A stretch of 64,000 nucleotides of DNA from Octopus bimaculoides. Lineage: Eukaryota. The position numbers were made by a program, and so were the translations under genes. The DNA is taken from positions 118,109,053-118,173,052 of the forward strand of contig NC_068984.1 of the NCBI RefSeq assembly GCF_001194135.2. The letters run 5' to 3'. Within the stretch, counting starts at the first letter, position 1. Each line of letters starts with the position of its first letter. Below the pieces are notes generated by a model. That model worked only from the letters and a program-made list of their open reading frames with translations, was not told the DNA's origin and ran no database searches. Shown here piece by piece: positions 38,455 through 51,505 of this stretch.

Positions 38455-38528
38455 AAGAAGAAGAAGAAGAAGAAGAAGAAGAAGAAGAAGAAGAAGAAGA
38501 AGAAGAAGAAGAAGAAGAAGAAGAAGAA
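38383..38528. repeat. Compound (TAA)n(GAA)n microsatellite
   Basis: Directly visible; source of the poly-I/R/L ORFs. Confidence 0.98.
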
Positions 38529-38619
38529 TCTTCACTACTATAGGCACAAGGCCTGAATTTTTTTCGTGGAGAGGAGAATCGATTACATCGACTCCAGTTC
38601 TCAACTAGTTCTTATTTGG

Positions 38620-39200
38620 TCTACATGATATCATTGTGTGGAACTACTCCATTTACCAGAGAGGAGAAATATTTCTGGTGGTTGGTGCTACAGCATGTGA
38701 GGTACCTAACAATCTCCTTTACAATTCTTGGTATATTCCTACTTTTCAAATAAATGAGATCGAAGATTTTCAAAATGCTCTCAGGAGTGGGAAACATGAC
38801 CACGTCTATTTTGTTCTCCGATCAATTATGGTGATGGTTCTTCTCCAATGAATAGTCTACCTCTGTTTCTTCAATAGCATTATCTAGATATAATATCTAT
38901 GTCATATGACACTTTATTGTGTATCACATTTTGTTTCTTGCCGCCCCGAGCACCTTTACCAGGCTATTTTTCAGTCCTCATGCTTTGGAGCACGCACTTT
39001 AGCTCTGACAACGTAACCTTCGTGTTTCGTACCGAAGAAATAGTCAAACGTCATTTTCGTTGCTTGTAAAATCGGCTACGATGTCTTTTCTGGCTATATC
39101 AGAAGACCACCACTGTCCCATTGAACTTCCCTTTCACGACGTAATATATGGAACCCCATATTCCTTACATGTACGTTTTCCGACCGTGTTATGATATGGT
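38620..39200 (-). mobile_element. Decayed L1/Tx1-like ORF2 fragment (linker region upstream of RT)
   Basis: Minus frames contain KHEGYVVRAKVRAPKHE and FPTPESILKIF...VRYLTCC. Multiple stops; the assignment rests on motif resemblance only. Confidence 0.35.
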
Positions 39201-39580
39201 TGTCTCCTCATCTGGTTCTTTTGTCATATTTATGCCATATAAACATTTACATTAAGTTTTTTTTAGTTCGTTTTATTGTAGTGTATTTTTCCCCCTCTTA
39301 AATCTATCTCTAGCCGTACAAACTAATTTCTTTGCTCTGACACTTTAACATTCTAAGTGTTTGTATTCCATCACCTACTAAACTACTACCACCTCTATTT
39401 GTGATATCTATTCATCTTTCGAGAATACGCGCGATTACCTTATCCAACACGTTTGCATTTCATAACACAGCGCAATCAACACATTTACTCATATGCTCTA
39501 AGTTTCTAAAACATTTCACATTGAAGTATCAGCATCTGTTCACACTTTTTTAATGTATTTACTTGTGCTTATTATTATCA

Positions 39581-39663
<83 letters not shown>

Positions 39664-39825
39664 GTTCAGTAGTTTTATTTTTATAACGTGCTTTCACTTC
39701 ACTACCGAGCACAGCTCTGTGCGCCTTGGGTTTGTGCTGTGGTTTGCTGTGGTGTTCTTATGGTTACTGTATTGAAAGTGTTTTGCGTAGGATGTGTACA
39801 GTGCCCAGTAGTGCAATTTTCTGTA

Positions 39826-39870
<45 letters not shown>

Positions 39871-39905
39871 CATCATCATCATCATCATTATTATTATTAT
39901 TATTA

Positions 39906-40600
39906 AGACAGTGAACTGGCGGAATCGTTAACACGCTGGACGAAATGCTTAGCGATATTTCGCCAGTCGCTCTGATCTGAGTTCAAATTCCGCCGAGGTC
40001 GACTTTATTTTAAATACTTTCGGGGTCGGTAAAATAAATATCATTTGAATACTGGAGTCAACATAATCGTCTCATCCTCTCCTCAAAAATGGCTGACCCT
40101 GTGGAAAAATTTGAGATCGTTATTATTATCATTAAGGCGGCGTGCTGGCCGAAATAGTTGGCACGCTAGACGAAATGCTTAACGGTATTTCGCCCGTCGT
40201 TACGTTCTGAGTTCAAATTCCACGAGGTTGACTTTGCCTTTCATCCTCTCGGGCGCCGATAAATTAAGTACCTGTGAAACAACGGGGTCGATGTAATCGA
40301 CTAGTCCCCTCTCCCCAAACTTCAGGCCTTGTGCCTACAGTAGAAATTATTATTATTACCATCATTAAGACGGTGAGCTGTCAGAATCGTTAACACACCA
40401 GGCAAAATACTGCGCGGCATTTCGTCTGTCTTAACTTTCCGAGTTCAAATTCCGCTGAGGTCGACTTTGCCTTTCGTCCTTTCGAAATCGATGAAATAAA
40501 TACCAGTCGAGCACTGGAGTCGATGTAATCAACAAGCTCCCTCCCACAAAATGTCATGCCTTGTGCCTGAAGTAGAAAAGATTATTATTATTATTATAAT
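39906..40600 (+). mobile_element. Three head-to-tail SINE family B copies separated by (ATT)n tails
   Basis: Copies start at about 39906, 40136 and 40369, directly after the (TTA)n tract. Confidence 0.9.
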
Positions 40601-40680
40601 AATTATGTTCTTTTCAATAATCATTTTTCTCGCCATTTATATTGTTGCTGTAAATCACATACGTTTTGAATAATTTTCTT

Positions 40681-40911
40681 ATTTCTTTGTTGCCCACAAG
40701 GGGCTAAACATAGAGGGGACAAACAAGGACAGACAAACGGATTAAGTCGATTCTATCGACCCCAGTGCGTAACTGGTACTTATTTTATCGACCCCTAAAG
40801 GATGAAAGGCAAAGTCGACCTCGGCGGAATTTGAACTCAGAACGTAGCGGCAGACAAAATACCGTTAAGCATTTCGCCTGGCGTTCTACCGTTTCTGCCA
40901 GCTCGCCGCCT
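40681..40911 (-). mobile_element. SINE family B, full-length, inverted relative to the adjacent trimer
   Basis: Reverse complement of the 28992-29225 copy, flanked by the direct repeat TGAATAATTT. Confidence 0.92.
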
Positions 40912-41844
40912 GAATAATTTTGAATAATTTTCTTATTTCTTTNNNNNNNNNNNNNNNNNNNNNNNNNNNNNNNNNNNNNNNNNNNNNNNNNNNNNNNNNN
41001 NNNNNNNNNNNNNNNNNNNNNNNNNNNNNNNNNNNNNNNNNNNNNNNNNNNNNNNNNNNNNNNNNNNNNNNNNNNNNNNNNNNNNNNNNNNNNNNNNNNN
41101 NNNNNNNNNNNNNNNNNNNNNNNNNNNNNNNNNNNNNNNNNNNNNNNNNNNNNNNNNNNNNNNNNNNNNNNNNNNNNNNNNNNNNNNNNNNNNNNNNNNN
41201 NNNNNNNNNNNNNNNNNNNNNNNNNNNNNNNNNNNNNNNNNNNNNNNNNNNNNNNNNNNNNNNNNNNNNNNNNNNNNNNNNNNNNNNNNNNNNNNNNNNN
41301 NNNNNNNNNNNNNNNNNNNNNNNNNNNNNNNNNNNNNNNNNNNNNNNNNNNNNNNNNNNNNNNNNNNNNNNNNNNNNNNNNNNNNNNNNNNNNNNNNNNN
41401 NNNNNNNNNNNNNNNNNNNNNNNNNNNNNNNNNNNNNNNNNNNNNNNNNNNNNNNNNTCTCTCTCACACACCGGTCTCAGCATATCGTAAATGAAGTGAA
41501 TTAGCTTCAATCGAGAAGTGAAACTAAGACGTTGAGTGATCGGTTAGCAATGATTTTTATCTCCAATCAAAGTCTTACTCACAACAACGACGTCAAGGAG
41601 GCAGAGAAGAAGGCGATGGAGGCGGCGGCGGCGGCGGAGGAGGAGGAAGAGGCGGAGGATAATAATGATGATGATGATGACGATGATGACGATAATAACA
41701 ATAACGATGATGCTGATGCTGCTAATGGTGATAATAGCGGCGGCGGTGGTGGTGGCGACAGTGGTGGTGGCGACAGTGGTGGTGGTAGGGGCAAGAGAAG
41801 GAGAGGACAATTAGTACGGCAGCACTAACGATGATGATATATAT

Positions 41845-42038
41845 TGGTTTCGAACTTTGGCACAAGACCAGCAAGTTCAGGAGAAGAGGTGAATCGTTTA
41901 CATCGACCCCAGTACTCGACTGGCTCTTATTTTATCGATCACCAAAGAACGAAAGGCAAAGTCGATCTCGGCGAAATTTCATCTCAAAACGTAAAGACAG
42001 ATGAAATGTCGCTAAGCATTTCGTCCAGCTCACCGCCT
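41845..42038 (-). mobile_element. SINE family B, internally deleted
   Basis: atcgaccccagtactcgactgg...aaaggcaaagtcgatctcggcg...ccagctcaccgcc. Confidence 0.85.
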
Positions 42039-42610
42039 TGTTTGAAGGAAATATTATAACCTCGTAGTAAAAAAGCATCTATTTCATGGTTCAGTGTAAA
42101 ACATCATTGGCGCAGCCCCGGGATGAGAATGCTCGGTTCATGATCACGATATCGTGAATTCAATTCCTGAATCGGGCGATGCGTTGTGCGTTGTGTAGCA
42201 CACTTTATTTCATGTTGCTCCAAGCTATTGATTTGTAAAGAGAACCAACCCAACACCAATCGGGTACTCGTAGGCCCTCCCTCCCTTTCTTCCTTCACCT
42301 GTCGTATCCTTGATGTTAAATTAGGTCAAGGTCGAAGGGGTAGAGAAGGGGTGTGTCTCTGCTTACGACTCCATGGGGTTAACTAAAGAAACAGTTAGCG
42401 AAAGAATACTAGGCCGTACTCACCGGCGAGTGACGGCTGAGTGGTTGCACATATCATTTGCCTTCATTCATAAAAAGCAAACGACTTGACGGGTAGATTT
42501 TCCTCTCACATCGTACGCAATCGCTTCTCTCTCTCTTTATCTCTCTCTTTCTCTCTCTCTCACACTCTTCCCGTCTGTCTGTCTCCACACACACACACAC
42601 ATGTCTATGA

Positions 42611-42657
<47 letters not shown>

Positions 42658-43824
42658 GGGATTGTATGTGTATGTGTGTAAAAGCACATGGCCTAATGAT
42701 TTTGATTCCCCAGATCAGCGGTGAGCTGTGTTCTTCAGCAAAATACTTCCTTTCACGTTGTTCCAGTCCGCTCACCTGTAAATGGGTAACCCTCCGAAGG
42801 CCTTCGAACAACAAAAGACACAAATGGAAAACAAAATAAACAACATAAAGAACGACCCTTCATCAGTTGTTGGCTGTTTTTCTAGTCTCGTATTTCGAGC
42901 ATTTAACAACAATATACGGTTTCAATAAAACAGTTGCTCCCGCAAAGCAAATTAAATAAAATTTTGGATTTTGCGGAGGATCAAAATAGGTAACACAAAC
43001 AGGACAGTGAAAACAAGCATGAAGGGCTGCTAAGCCGAAACAAGGTTGTGGTGGCGAACGCGTAAATCAAGCTAGGAAAGAGACAAACAAGAACACATCT
43101 TCTTTNNNNNNNNNNNNNNNNNNNNNNNNNNNNNNNNNNNNNNNNNNNNNNNNNNNNNNNNNNNNNNNNNNNNNNNNNNNNNNNNNNNNNNNNNNNNNNN
43201 NNNNNNNNNNNNNNNNNNNNNNNNNNNNNNNNNNNNNNNNNNNNNNNNNNNNNNNNNNNNNNNNNNNNNNNNNNNNNNNNNNNNNNNNNNNNNNNNNNNN
43301 NNNNNNNNNNNNNNNNNNNNNNNNNNNNNNNNNNNNNNNNNNNNNNNNNNNNNNNNNNNNNNNNNNNNNNNNNNNNNNNNNNNNNNNNNNNNNNNNNNNN
43401 NNNNNNNNNNNNNNNNNNNNNNNNNNNNNNNNNNNNNNNNNNNNNNNNNNNNNNNNNNNNNNNNNNNNNNNNNNNNNNNNNNNNNNNNNNNNNNNNNNNN
43501 NNNNNNNNNNNNNNNNNNNNNNNNNNNNNNNNNNNNNNNNNNNNNNNNNNNNNNNNNNNNNNNNNNNNNNNNNNNNNNNNNNNNNNNNNNNNNNNNNNNN
43601 NNNNNNNNNNNNNNNNNNNNNNNNNNNNNNNNNNNNNNNNNNNNNNNNNNNNNNNNNNNNNNNNNNNNNNNNNNNNNNNNNNNNNNNNNNNNNNNNNNNN
43701 NNNNNNNNNNNNNNGAAGACGTAAGGTAAAGTAGGTAAAGTTGACCCGAGGAGGATTAGAACCGAGAATACAAAGTCAGGACTAATATGCCTTAATCTAC
43801 CTTAATAACATGCAGTATGCAGCA

Positions 43825-43899
43825 CCACCGTTCAGTTTCTGTGACTGAAGAGGAGATAACCACTCCGAAATGCTTGCATCTCACAGTCTGAATTGGTGG
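43825..43899 (+). ncRNA. Type I hammerhead ribozyme with extended helix I
   Basis: CTGTGA-CTGAAGA-GGAG-ATAACCA-CTCC-GAAA-TGC-TT-GCA-TC-TCACAG. Helix I extends through TTCAG/CTGAA and CCACC/GGTGG. Confidence 0.8.
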
Positions 43900-44124
43900 C
43901 GCAGCGAGCTGATTTAGGTGTATTTACACCATTTGTCTACAGCGAGAAATTTTCTCCATGACAAAACACGGTGAATGGCTTGTTTACAAGTTCGAATTTG
44001 CCACTATCATATTCGAACTGGTAATAACATTGCATTAATATACCTTTCGCAATGTTTTCTACTCCCTAACAACTTTGCTGGTTCACTGCCTTGTTTGATA
44101 TATTTATCATATACACTGATGGCA

Positions 44125-44420
44125 AAGCAGCGACCTGGTAGAATCGTTAGCACGTTGGAGAAAAAACTTAGTGACATTTCTGTTTTTGGCTCTACATACT
44201 GAGTTCAAATACCACCGAGGTCAGCTTGATGAAATAAAGTACCTGTCAAGCACTAGGCGCGTGACCTAGCGGCTAAGGTGTTGCATTCACGATGTTGCAT
44301 TCACGATGCCCCAGTCGACTTAGCTGTAAATGAGTTCAAGCAATAGCTGGGAAGTTAGCCCTGCGACGGACCGGTGACCCACTCAAAGACGGGAGTGTTG
44401 TGATCTCAGTTACTTATACG
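44125..44420 (+). mobile_element. SINE family B fragment followed by another tRNA-headed SINE fragment
   Basis: gaatcgttagcacg...gagttcaaataccaccgaggtc, then GGCGCGTGACCTAGCGGCTAAGG A-box. Confidence 0.7.
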
Positions 44421-45464
44421 CTCAGTTTAAGAATCCCAGTGCTCATGACAGTCCTAAGTAAGTCAAATACTAGGATCGCTGTATTCGGCTACCTCTTTCC
44501 TCTCCAATTGTTAGCCATTTTGCCGAAATTTGAAACCATATACGTAGCATACAAAGTACAATATAGCAAAGTCCTTCACCTTGATTCAATCACTACAAAG
44601 AAAATTCATTCCATGCATTAACAACAGAAATGCGAAATAGTTAATTAAATTATAGATTCACATTGTTATATACAATTAATTAATTCTCAGACTGTATGTT
44701 ATGTTACGTAATTAATTGTAATATGGCTATAACAATCCACCCACGTACTAAGACGATATTATTCTGGAATAGTTATTTTTCTAAATTCAATAATATTATT
44801 TCTATGCCAATATCAGTGTCAAATCTCGCACATCAAATTTTTTGTACACGAAAAATTCTAAATAATCAAATAAAAATTAAAATTAAATTCGGAACAGAAA
44901 TAAAACATTCAACTCAGATAAAATTTTTTGGTTGATCTCAGTTTTGTGACAAGTGATGAGTTGTGGAAACGTTAACAGTAAATTCGTTTTGTTATTATTT
45001 ATCATTTTTCACAAAGCAAGAAAAGCAATTATAGAAATAAATGCAATTTTTAACATTGCTAAAAATTTTATTGAAATTCGAGATTTCGAAATGTTTATAA
45101 TACACCAAAATATTTCCAGTTAAGTAAACATCAACAACAAAAAAAGTAATTTAAGACAACAAAAAAACCCTTTTAGTGTTATGTTCACCAAGTAATTAAT
45201 GTTTTCTTTAGAGTGTGGAACAAAACCATATATTTTTGGAGAAATTGGTGACGTGAAGGAAGATGCGGGATAGCTAGGAAGTTACGATCTTCGTGCCTTT
45301 CCTTATGACGTTAGTCATGCGTCAGCCGATGCACCATAGTTAAAGGAGTGCATAATTCCTCCCTTATTTAGTTAGTTTTACACACACACGTAGGCACACA
45401 TAGACACACACACATACACATAGGCACATACACACATACGACGAAAGAGGTTATGTCGTGAACG

Positions 45465-46325
45465 AGGCTTAAAGTATTGAGGAAAGACACTTTCTTTTTC
45501 GGTCAAGATCTCATCGACATTTTAAAGTTCCATTTGGAAAAGAAAGTGGTGGGGGAAAGAGAAATTCTCCCTCCCATTGAGTTTTTCAAGGAGTAGGTGA
45601 ATGAGGGGAAGAAACCCCATCTAGGCATGCGCCCGTAGATTGGCGAACAGCAGGGATCTCTGGGGCTTCTCGATTTGTCCCTAGTTGGAGGTTTCTCTTC
45701 ATCAGGAGGACAGCATCATTTGTGTGTTTACATACGATGTATATTTTAATCTCCTTTCATTGTCTTCTCTCTTGGTTTTGCCTCATCTTTTATATAATAT
45801 AAACCCCTACACAAATTGTAGACTGTCCTTGCGATGCCCCTGTCATAATGCCCCTGTGGCAGAGGCTGACAGAATTGAGGAAAGACACCTTCCTCTTCAG
45901 TGAAACTCTCATCGACTTTTTTAAGTTCCCCTTGGAAAGGAAATTGAGGGTGGAGAGGGAAGTGCTAGCACCCAGTGATTTTGTGAAAAGATGGGTGCCT
46001 GTGGAAAAAATGATGAGAATGAATGGCCTTACTCTAAGTATGCGCATGTAGTACGGGGAGCAGGAGAGAGAGCTCGTACCCTTCGCAGTCAGGGTAATCC
46101 TGAATCTCTGGGGTTCCTTGATTGGCTCTAGTTGGGGTTTCTCCTGTATCAGGAGGACTGCTTCATTCATGTTATCACATAACTTTGTACACAATGTATA
46201 CTTTTATCACATTTCACCGTCTTTTCCATTTCTTTCTGCCCATCCTTTATGTAAATCCCTACACAAGTTATTGTCTGTTCTTGTGATGTTCCCCTCATTG
46301 ATGACCCTGTGGCTAATAAAAGAAA
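45465..46325 (+). mobile_element. Two tandem, diverged 3' ends of an L1/Tx1-like LINE (ORF2 C-terminus + 3'UTR)
   Basis: Copy 1 encodes RLKVLRKDTFFFGQDLIDILKFHLEKKVVGEREIL and copy 2 RLTELRKDTFLFSETLIDFFKFPLERKLRVEREVL, with homologous UTRs. The pair ends in AATAAAAGAAAT. The clade call is tentative. Confidence 0.5.
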
Positions 46326-46362
46326 TAATAATAATTATTATTATTATCATTAATATTAATGC

Positions 46363-46393
<31 letters not shown>

Positions 46394-46664
46394 AATGTTA
46401 TTAACAGTCGCCCACAGACGAACCTATAAGATCATGTCATTATCATTTTCTGTGCAAAAGTTTGCAATTCCTCGCTGAAAGGCATTTATTTCAGAGAATA
46501 CCGTTTCCTAGATGAATTGTCTTCACTATGACTCGTGAGCGCCATCTACTCTAGACTAAACTATCCTAACTTCCACCGCCCTTAGTACAGACACAAACAT
46601 AGACACACATATTTATGAATGTATATAGACATTCACATATATAAGCACCCATATATATGTATAC

Positions 46665-46793
<129 letters not shown>

Positions 46794-46910
46794 CATATAT
46801 ATGTATACATACATACATTAAGTAACAATCCCTAAGCAATTATAACTCTTACCAAAATTACAGTCCCTATGAAGGACAAACACGCAGCAATATCAATGTA
46901 TGGTATGATA

Positions 46911-48182
46911 TTGGGTCATCCCATAAATAATGCGGTTTTTTCAATTGCATAAACTAAAAGTCGGAGGGGATGGGATAAACTATTTGCATCAACTTGCTAC
47001 AAAAGCAGGTGGTAATTTTACCTTGTACCTATTCTTAGAGCAAGTTTTGAAGTCTGCAGTTCGATTTTAACAGTTATTTTTTTCAAAGCTATAATGGCAG
47101 AAGAGACAAAGGAGCATATTCGGCATATTTTGCTTTATAAGTTCAATAAAGATAATGACACAACAGAAAGTGCGAGGAATTCAAATGCAGTATAAGTGGA
47201 TCGGAAATAAACGTAGGCCAGTGTCAACGGTGGTTCCAGAAATTCCGAGCCGGAAACCACATCCAAGAAGACGACCCTCGTCCTAGAAGATCTATAAAGC
47301 TCGACGAGGACGACCTACAAACCCTAGTGGAACAAAATCCCATCGTAACTGCTGAGAAAATACAGAGGAGAAGCTTGGATTTGGTCATTCAACCATTCAG
47401 CGACACCTGCGTGCCATCGGAAAAGTCAGTAAATTGGGTCAATGGGTTGCTCACAAACTTTCCGAGTCTAATCGTGCGCAGAGAGTGAATGTGTTCTCTT
47501 CTTTGCTGTCACATCTCACGAATAAATCTTTTGGGACCGAATAGTGACTGGTGACGAGAAATGGGTTCTCTGTAAAAATGTCAAGCGCTAAAGACGGTGG
47601 GTAGGGAAAGGAGAAACATCAGCACCTCACGCTAAAGAAGGTCTTCACGCACGTAAGGTGTTTTTATCTGTTTGGTGGGACATGAAAGGTTTAGTCCACT
47701 CTGAACTTTTAAACTCAAACCAAACGATAACAAAAGAGAGCAACTGCGAGCAGTTTGAGCGACTTAAGTCAGCGCTAGAAGGAAAACGACCATCTTTGGT
47801 TTCAAGACGAAAGATGTTCTTCCATCAGGATAATGCTCGGCCACATACAGCGTTGATGACATTCCAAAGGCTGGAGCAGTTTGAATGGGAAACGATGCCC
47901 AACCCACAATATTCGCCGGACATTGTCCCATCTGATTATCATTTATTCCGCAGTCTTCAAAATCATTTGGACAGGAAAAATATGAATTCTGTAGACGAAG
48001 TCAGAACAGTACTGGATGAGTATTTTTCGTCATGGACAAGTGAATTTTGGAAGTCTACCAGATATATGGAAGAGCATAGAAGAAAATGGAGAGTATATTT
48101 TAGATTAAAAACGAACTTTGTTATCTTGATTTTGAAAAATAAAGGGAGTGTAAAAGGCTGCATTATTTATGGGATGACCCAA
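46911..48182 (+). mobile_element. Full-length mariner element (1272 bp), inactivated DD34D transposase
   Basis: Perfect 23-bp TIRs TTGGGTCATCCCATAAATAATGC (46911-46933 / 48160-48182) with TA TSDs. ATG at 47094 with a stop at 47193; motifs RIVTGDEKW, HQDNARPHT and YSPDIVPSDYHLF. Confidence 0.96.
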
Positions 48183-48494
48183 TATATTCAACAAAGCTAC
48201 CATAAACTAAGAAACCAAGAAGTTCCAAAATAAATTTAACCCTACAAGAAATAGAATTTGAAGGAAAGACAGCATAAAAGCACGAGAATTCAAAATACGA
48301 AAGGTTCACAGTGAACAATGCACGGATAAAACTTCATTTTCGTTACTCTGAGATACACATCTCCGATTTTCTAACGGAAGTAGATGGAGATTAGAGAAAA
48401 AACCGAACGGTATATATTGCTTTTTGTAGGAAAAGAACCATAAAAGTTCATCTGCATAGGAAAAGTACACCAAAAAGAAATCGAAATATATACA

Positions 48495-48712
48495 TTTTCT
48501 ATCTTTTACTTATTTCAGTCATTGGATTGCAGCCATGCTGGGGCACGGCCTTGAGAATTTTACATTTTTAGTGGAAGAATCGATTCCAGTATTAATTGTT
48601 TCTTAAGTTTCGTATTTATTCTAAGTTTCGCATTTATTTTGCCGAACCACTTGTATATGGGAATGTAAACATTGGTTGTCAAGCAGTGGTGGGTGACAAA
48701 CAGAAACAGAAA

Positions 48713-48720
<8 letters not shown>
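48495..48720 (-). mobile_element. SINE family A 3' half, running into (CA)n and a gap
   Basis: tttcagtcattggattgcagccatgctggggcac...ttgtcaagcagtggtggg. Confidence 0.8.
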
Positions 48721-48792
<72 letters not shown>

Positions 48793-49534
48793 NNNNNNNN
48801 NNNNNNNNNNNNNNNNNNNNNNNNNNNNNNNNNNNNNNNNNNNNNNNNNNNNNNNNNNNNNNNNNNNNNNNNNNNNNNNNNNNNNNNNNNNNNNNNNNNN
48901 NNNNNNNNNNNNNNNNNNNNNNNNNNNNNNNNNNNNNNNNNNNNNNNNNNNNNNNNNNNNNNNNNNNNNNNNNNNNNNNNNNNNNNNNNNNNNNNNNNNN
49001 NNNNNNNNNNNNNNNNNNNNNNNNNNNNNNNNNNNNNNNNNNNNNNNNNNNNNNNNNNNNNNNNNNNNNNNNNNNNNNNNNNNNNNNNNNNNNNNNNNNN
49101 NNNNNNNNNNNNNNNNNNNNNNNNNNNNNNNNNNNNNNNNNNNNNNNNNNNNNNNNNNNNNNNNNNNNNNNNNNNNNNNNNNNNNNNNNNNNNNNNNNNN
49201 NNNNNNNNNNNNNNNNNNNNNNNNNNNNNNNNNNNNNNNNNNNNNNNNNNNNNNNNNNNNNNNNNNNNNNNNNNNNNNNNNNNNNNNNNNNNNNNNNNNN
49301 NNNNNNNNNNNNNNNNNNNNNNNNNNGCGACAGACGAAATACCGTCAAGCCTTTTGCCCGGCGTGCTAATGTTTCTGCCAGCTCACCTCTGTGTGTGTGT
49401 GTGTGTGTGTGTGCGTGCGAGCGTGCGTGCGTGCGTGCGAGTGAGTGAGTGAGAGAGAGAAACAAACAAATAGACAGAGAGGCAGGCAGGCAGACAGATA
49501 GAAAATGAGTGGGTGAGTGAGTGCGAGTGAATGC

Positions 49535-49572
<38 letters not shown>

Positions 49573-50281
49573 TACAGTAACTGAGTGTGTGAGTGAGTTG
49601 TCTTCTTGTCATAAAGGGAGTTATGCTGCCACTGTGGATGTGTAAATTGCTCCTGTTTCCTAAAGGGAGACTATAGAAACATATAAAATATGGGAAAATC
49701 GCGAGAGAAGGATTCCGTGGAGAGAGTTTATCGGGTAAATAGTCATTCTTCTGAGAAGGAGGTCAAAGAATAAATATTTACTGTAGAAGATATAACAGAG
49801 TCAATCGATATGGTATTTGATATAGAAAATATCGTGAAAATTATTGCATAAACCAACTTTGACGAGTAAATAGATATAGCTGTGAACGACATTGTATAAC
49901 GTTGTAGTTTATAGGATGAAGCCAAATCAAGTTATAAATATTTAAGAGATTATCAGCCTAATGACAATAGAGTACTGGGAAAGATTTTTTGGAAGAATAA
50001 TTTAAGTTGGAGATTCAAGGGAGATAATTTTAAGAACATTGGCCAATTTCGTCACATGAAAATGTATGTGCGTCTGTCTACACATTTATTTATGCTCTTG
50101 TGAGCACAAACACATACACAGCCACACACACCAGTACGCAACTATTTTGGGGAATAAGAATGCTTCCATTTATGTTTGAATAATGGGTATGTTTAAATAA
50201 AGGTATATGCCGCACCCATTTCATATATATATATAATGACTTTTATTTTTTAGTTGATTTTATCTTTTTTGTTATCGATTT

Positions 50282-50320
<39 letters not shown>

Positions 50321-51384
50321 ATATGTGTGTGTGTGTATGTGTGCAGCTGCATGTATACATATATGGGTTTTTATTTTACACTCCACCTCAAAAAAAAACT
50401 TAACCGTTTCTTGCAAGTAAGTTTGAGATAGAAGTTAGACCCATCCTTTCGTTAATTGTTCAAATTAATTATTTCACTATAACCTAATATGAATTACTCG
50501 TCAAATATGTCAGGTGACTTCGCTCAACTACGGACATGAGCACTTTGCTGGATTGCTTGTCATTTACGACGGGCAAGAGCACTTCGCTAGATGCAGCTGA
50601 TCGTATTTCTCGGGCTTCGGTAATTATATTTAAAAAAATTCCTAATTCTACATGTCCAAATCAGGGTCCATCTTCCACAATGCAGCGTCTCCCCCTGCCG
50701 TAAAACGCAGTTACTGATTTTGAAAGAATACAATGGAATTAGATCAGTGCTCTTAGATCGCAAAACGGCAGTGAAACTTTTTGATACTTCATAATAGAAC
50801 GTTCTGTTGGGAAATGAGTAAAAAGTTAATATAAAAGATTATATCTGTTCTTAAATGTTTTTAAATGACTTCTCCGGGCTTAACAAACAGTCTGAGATCA
50901 AATTACTTGCCAAAAAAAACCAAAAAACTTCTAAATTATTTTAACAATCTCAATTTTTCGTTCAATTAGTGATCTTTTAATTAAAAATCAGAATATTAAA
51001 AAACGTAAACACACATACACGCGCGCATATATGTAAAAGAAACAATAAGATGTTTTTTTTTGTTTTGTTTGTATTTTTTATTTTTCATTTCAACACAACT
51101 TTAAGATGGAAAATATTTTCTTCGTCCGCTGAGATCTAATTAAGATCTATTGGATGTGTTAATTCTAAATAATTAGATGGTAACTAAGGTAACGTTTGCT
51201 GAAATGTAAGAATATATCGAGCTAGTTTCGCTTCAGTAATTTAGCAGTTTAATTAATGCAAAGCCGATGTAATAACTAATGCCTTTTAATTAACATACGA
51301 ATGCTTATATCGATCGCAGGTCTCGTCGGTCGTACAATTGAAAAAGAAATATGCAGTCGTCTTTCTGTAAGTGATGGGAGCAAA

Positions 51385-51440
51385 CATGGTGGTGGTAGTA
51401 GTGGTGGTGGTAGTGGTGGTGGTGGTGGTGGTGGTAGTAA

Positions 51441-51486
<46 letters not shown>

Positions 51487-51505
51487 TGTTGTTGTTGTGT
51501 AGCAG
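51385..51505. repeat. Compound (GGT)n(TAG)n(TTG)n microsatellite
   Basis: Directly visible. Confidence 0.95.

Noticed and set aside
40912-40942. Apparent start of another inverted SINE copy next to a gap
   Set aside because: It duplicates 40669-40690 right at a contig edge, so it is likely an assembly overlap artefact.
41532-41828. Acidic/Gly-rich 98-aa ORF
   Set aside because: Compound trinucleotide microsatellite (GCG, GAG, GAT, GGT) with no splice or homology support.
42250-42450. CpG-rich patch with a strong minus-strand donor (CCG|GTGAGT) and a small hairpin
   Set aside because: No convincing ORF or acceptor, and it lies among SINE fragments, so it cannot be distinguished from repeat-derived sequence.
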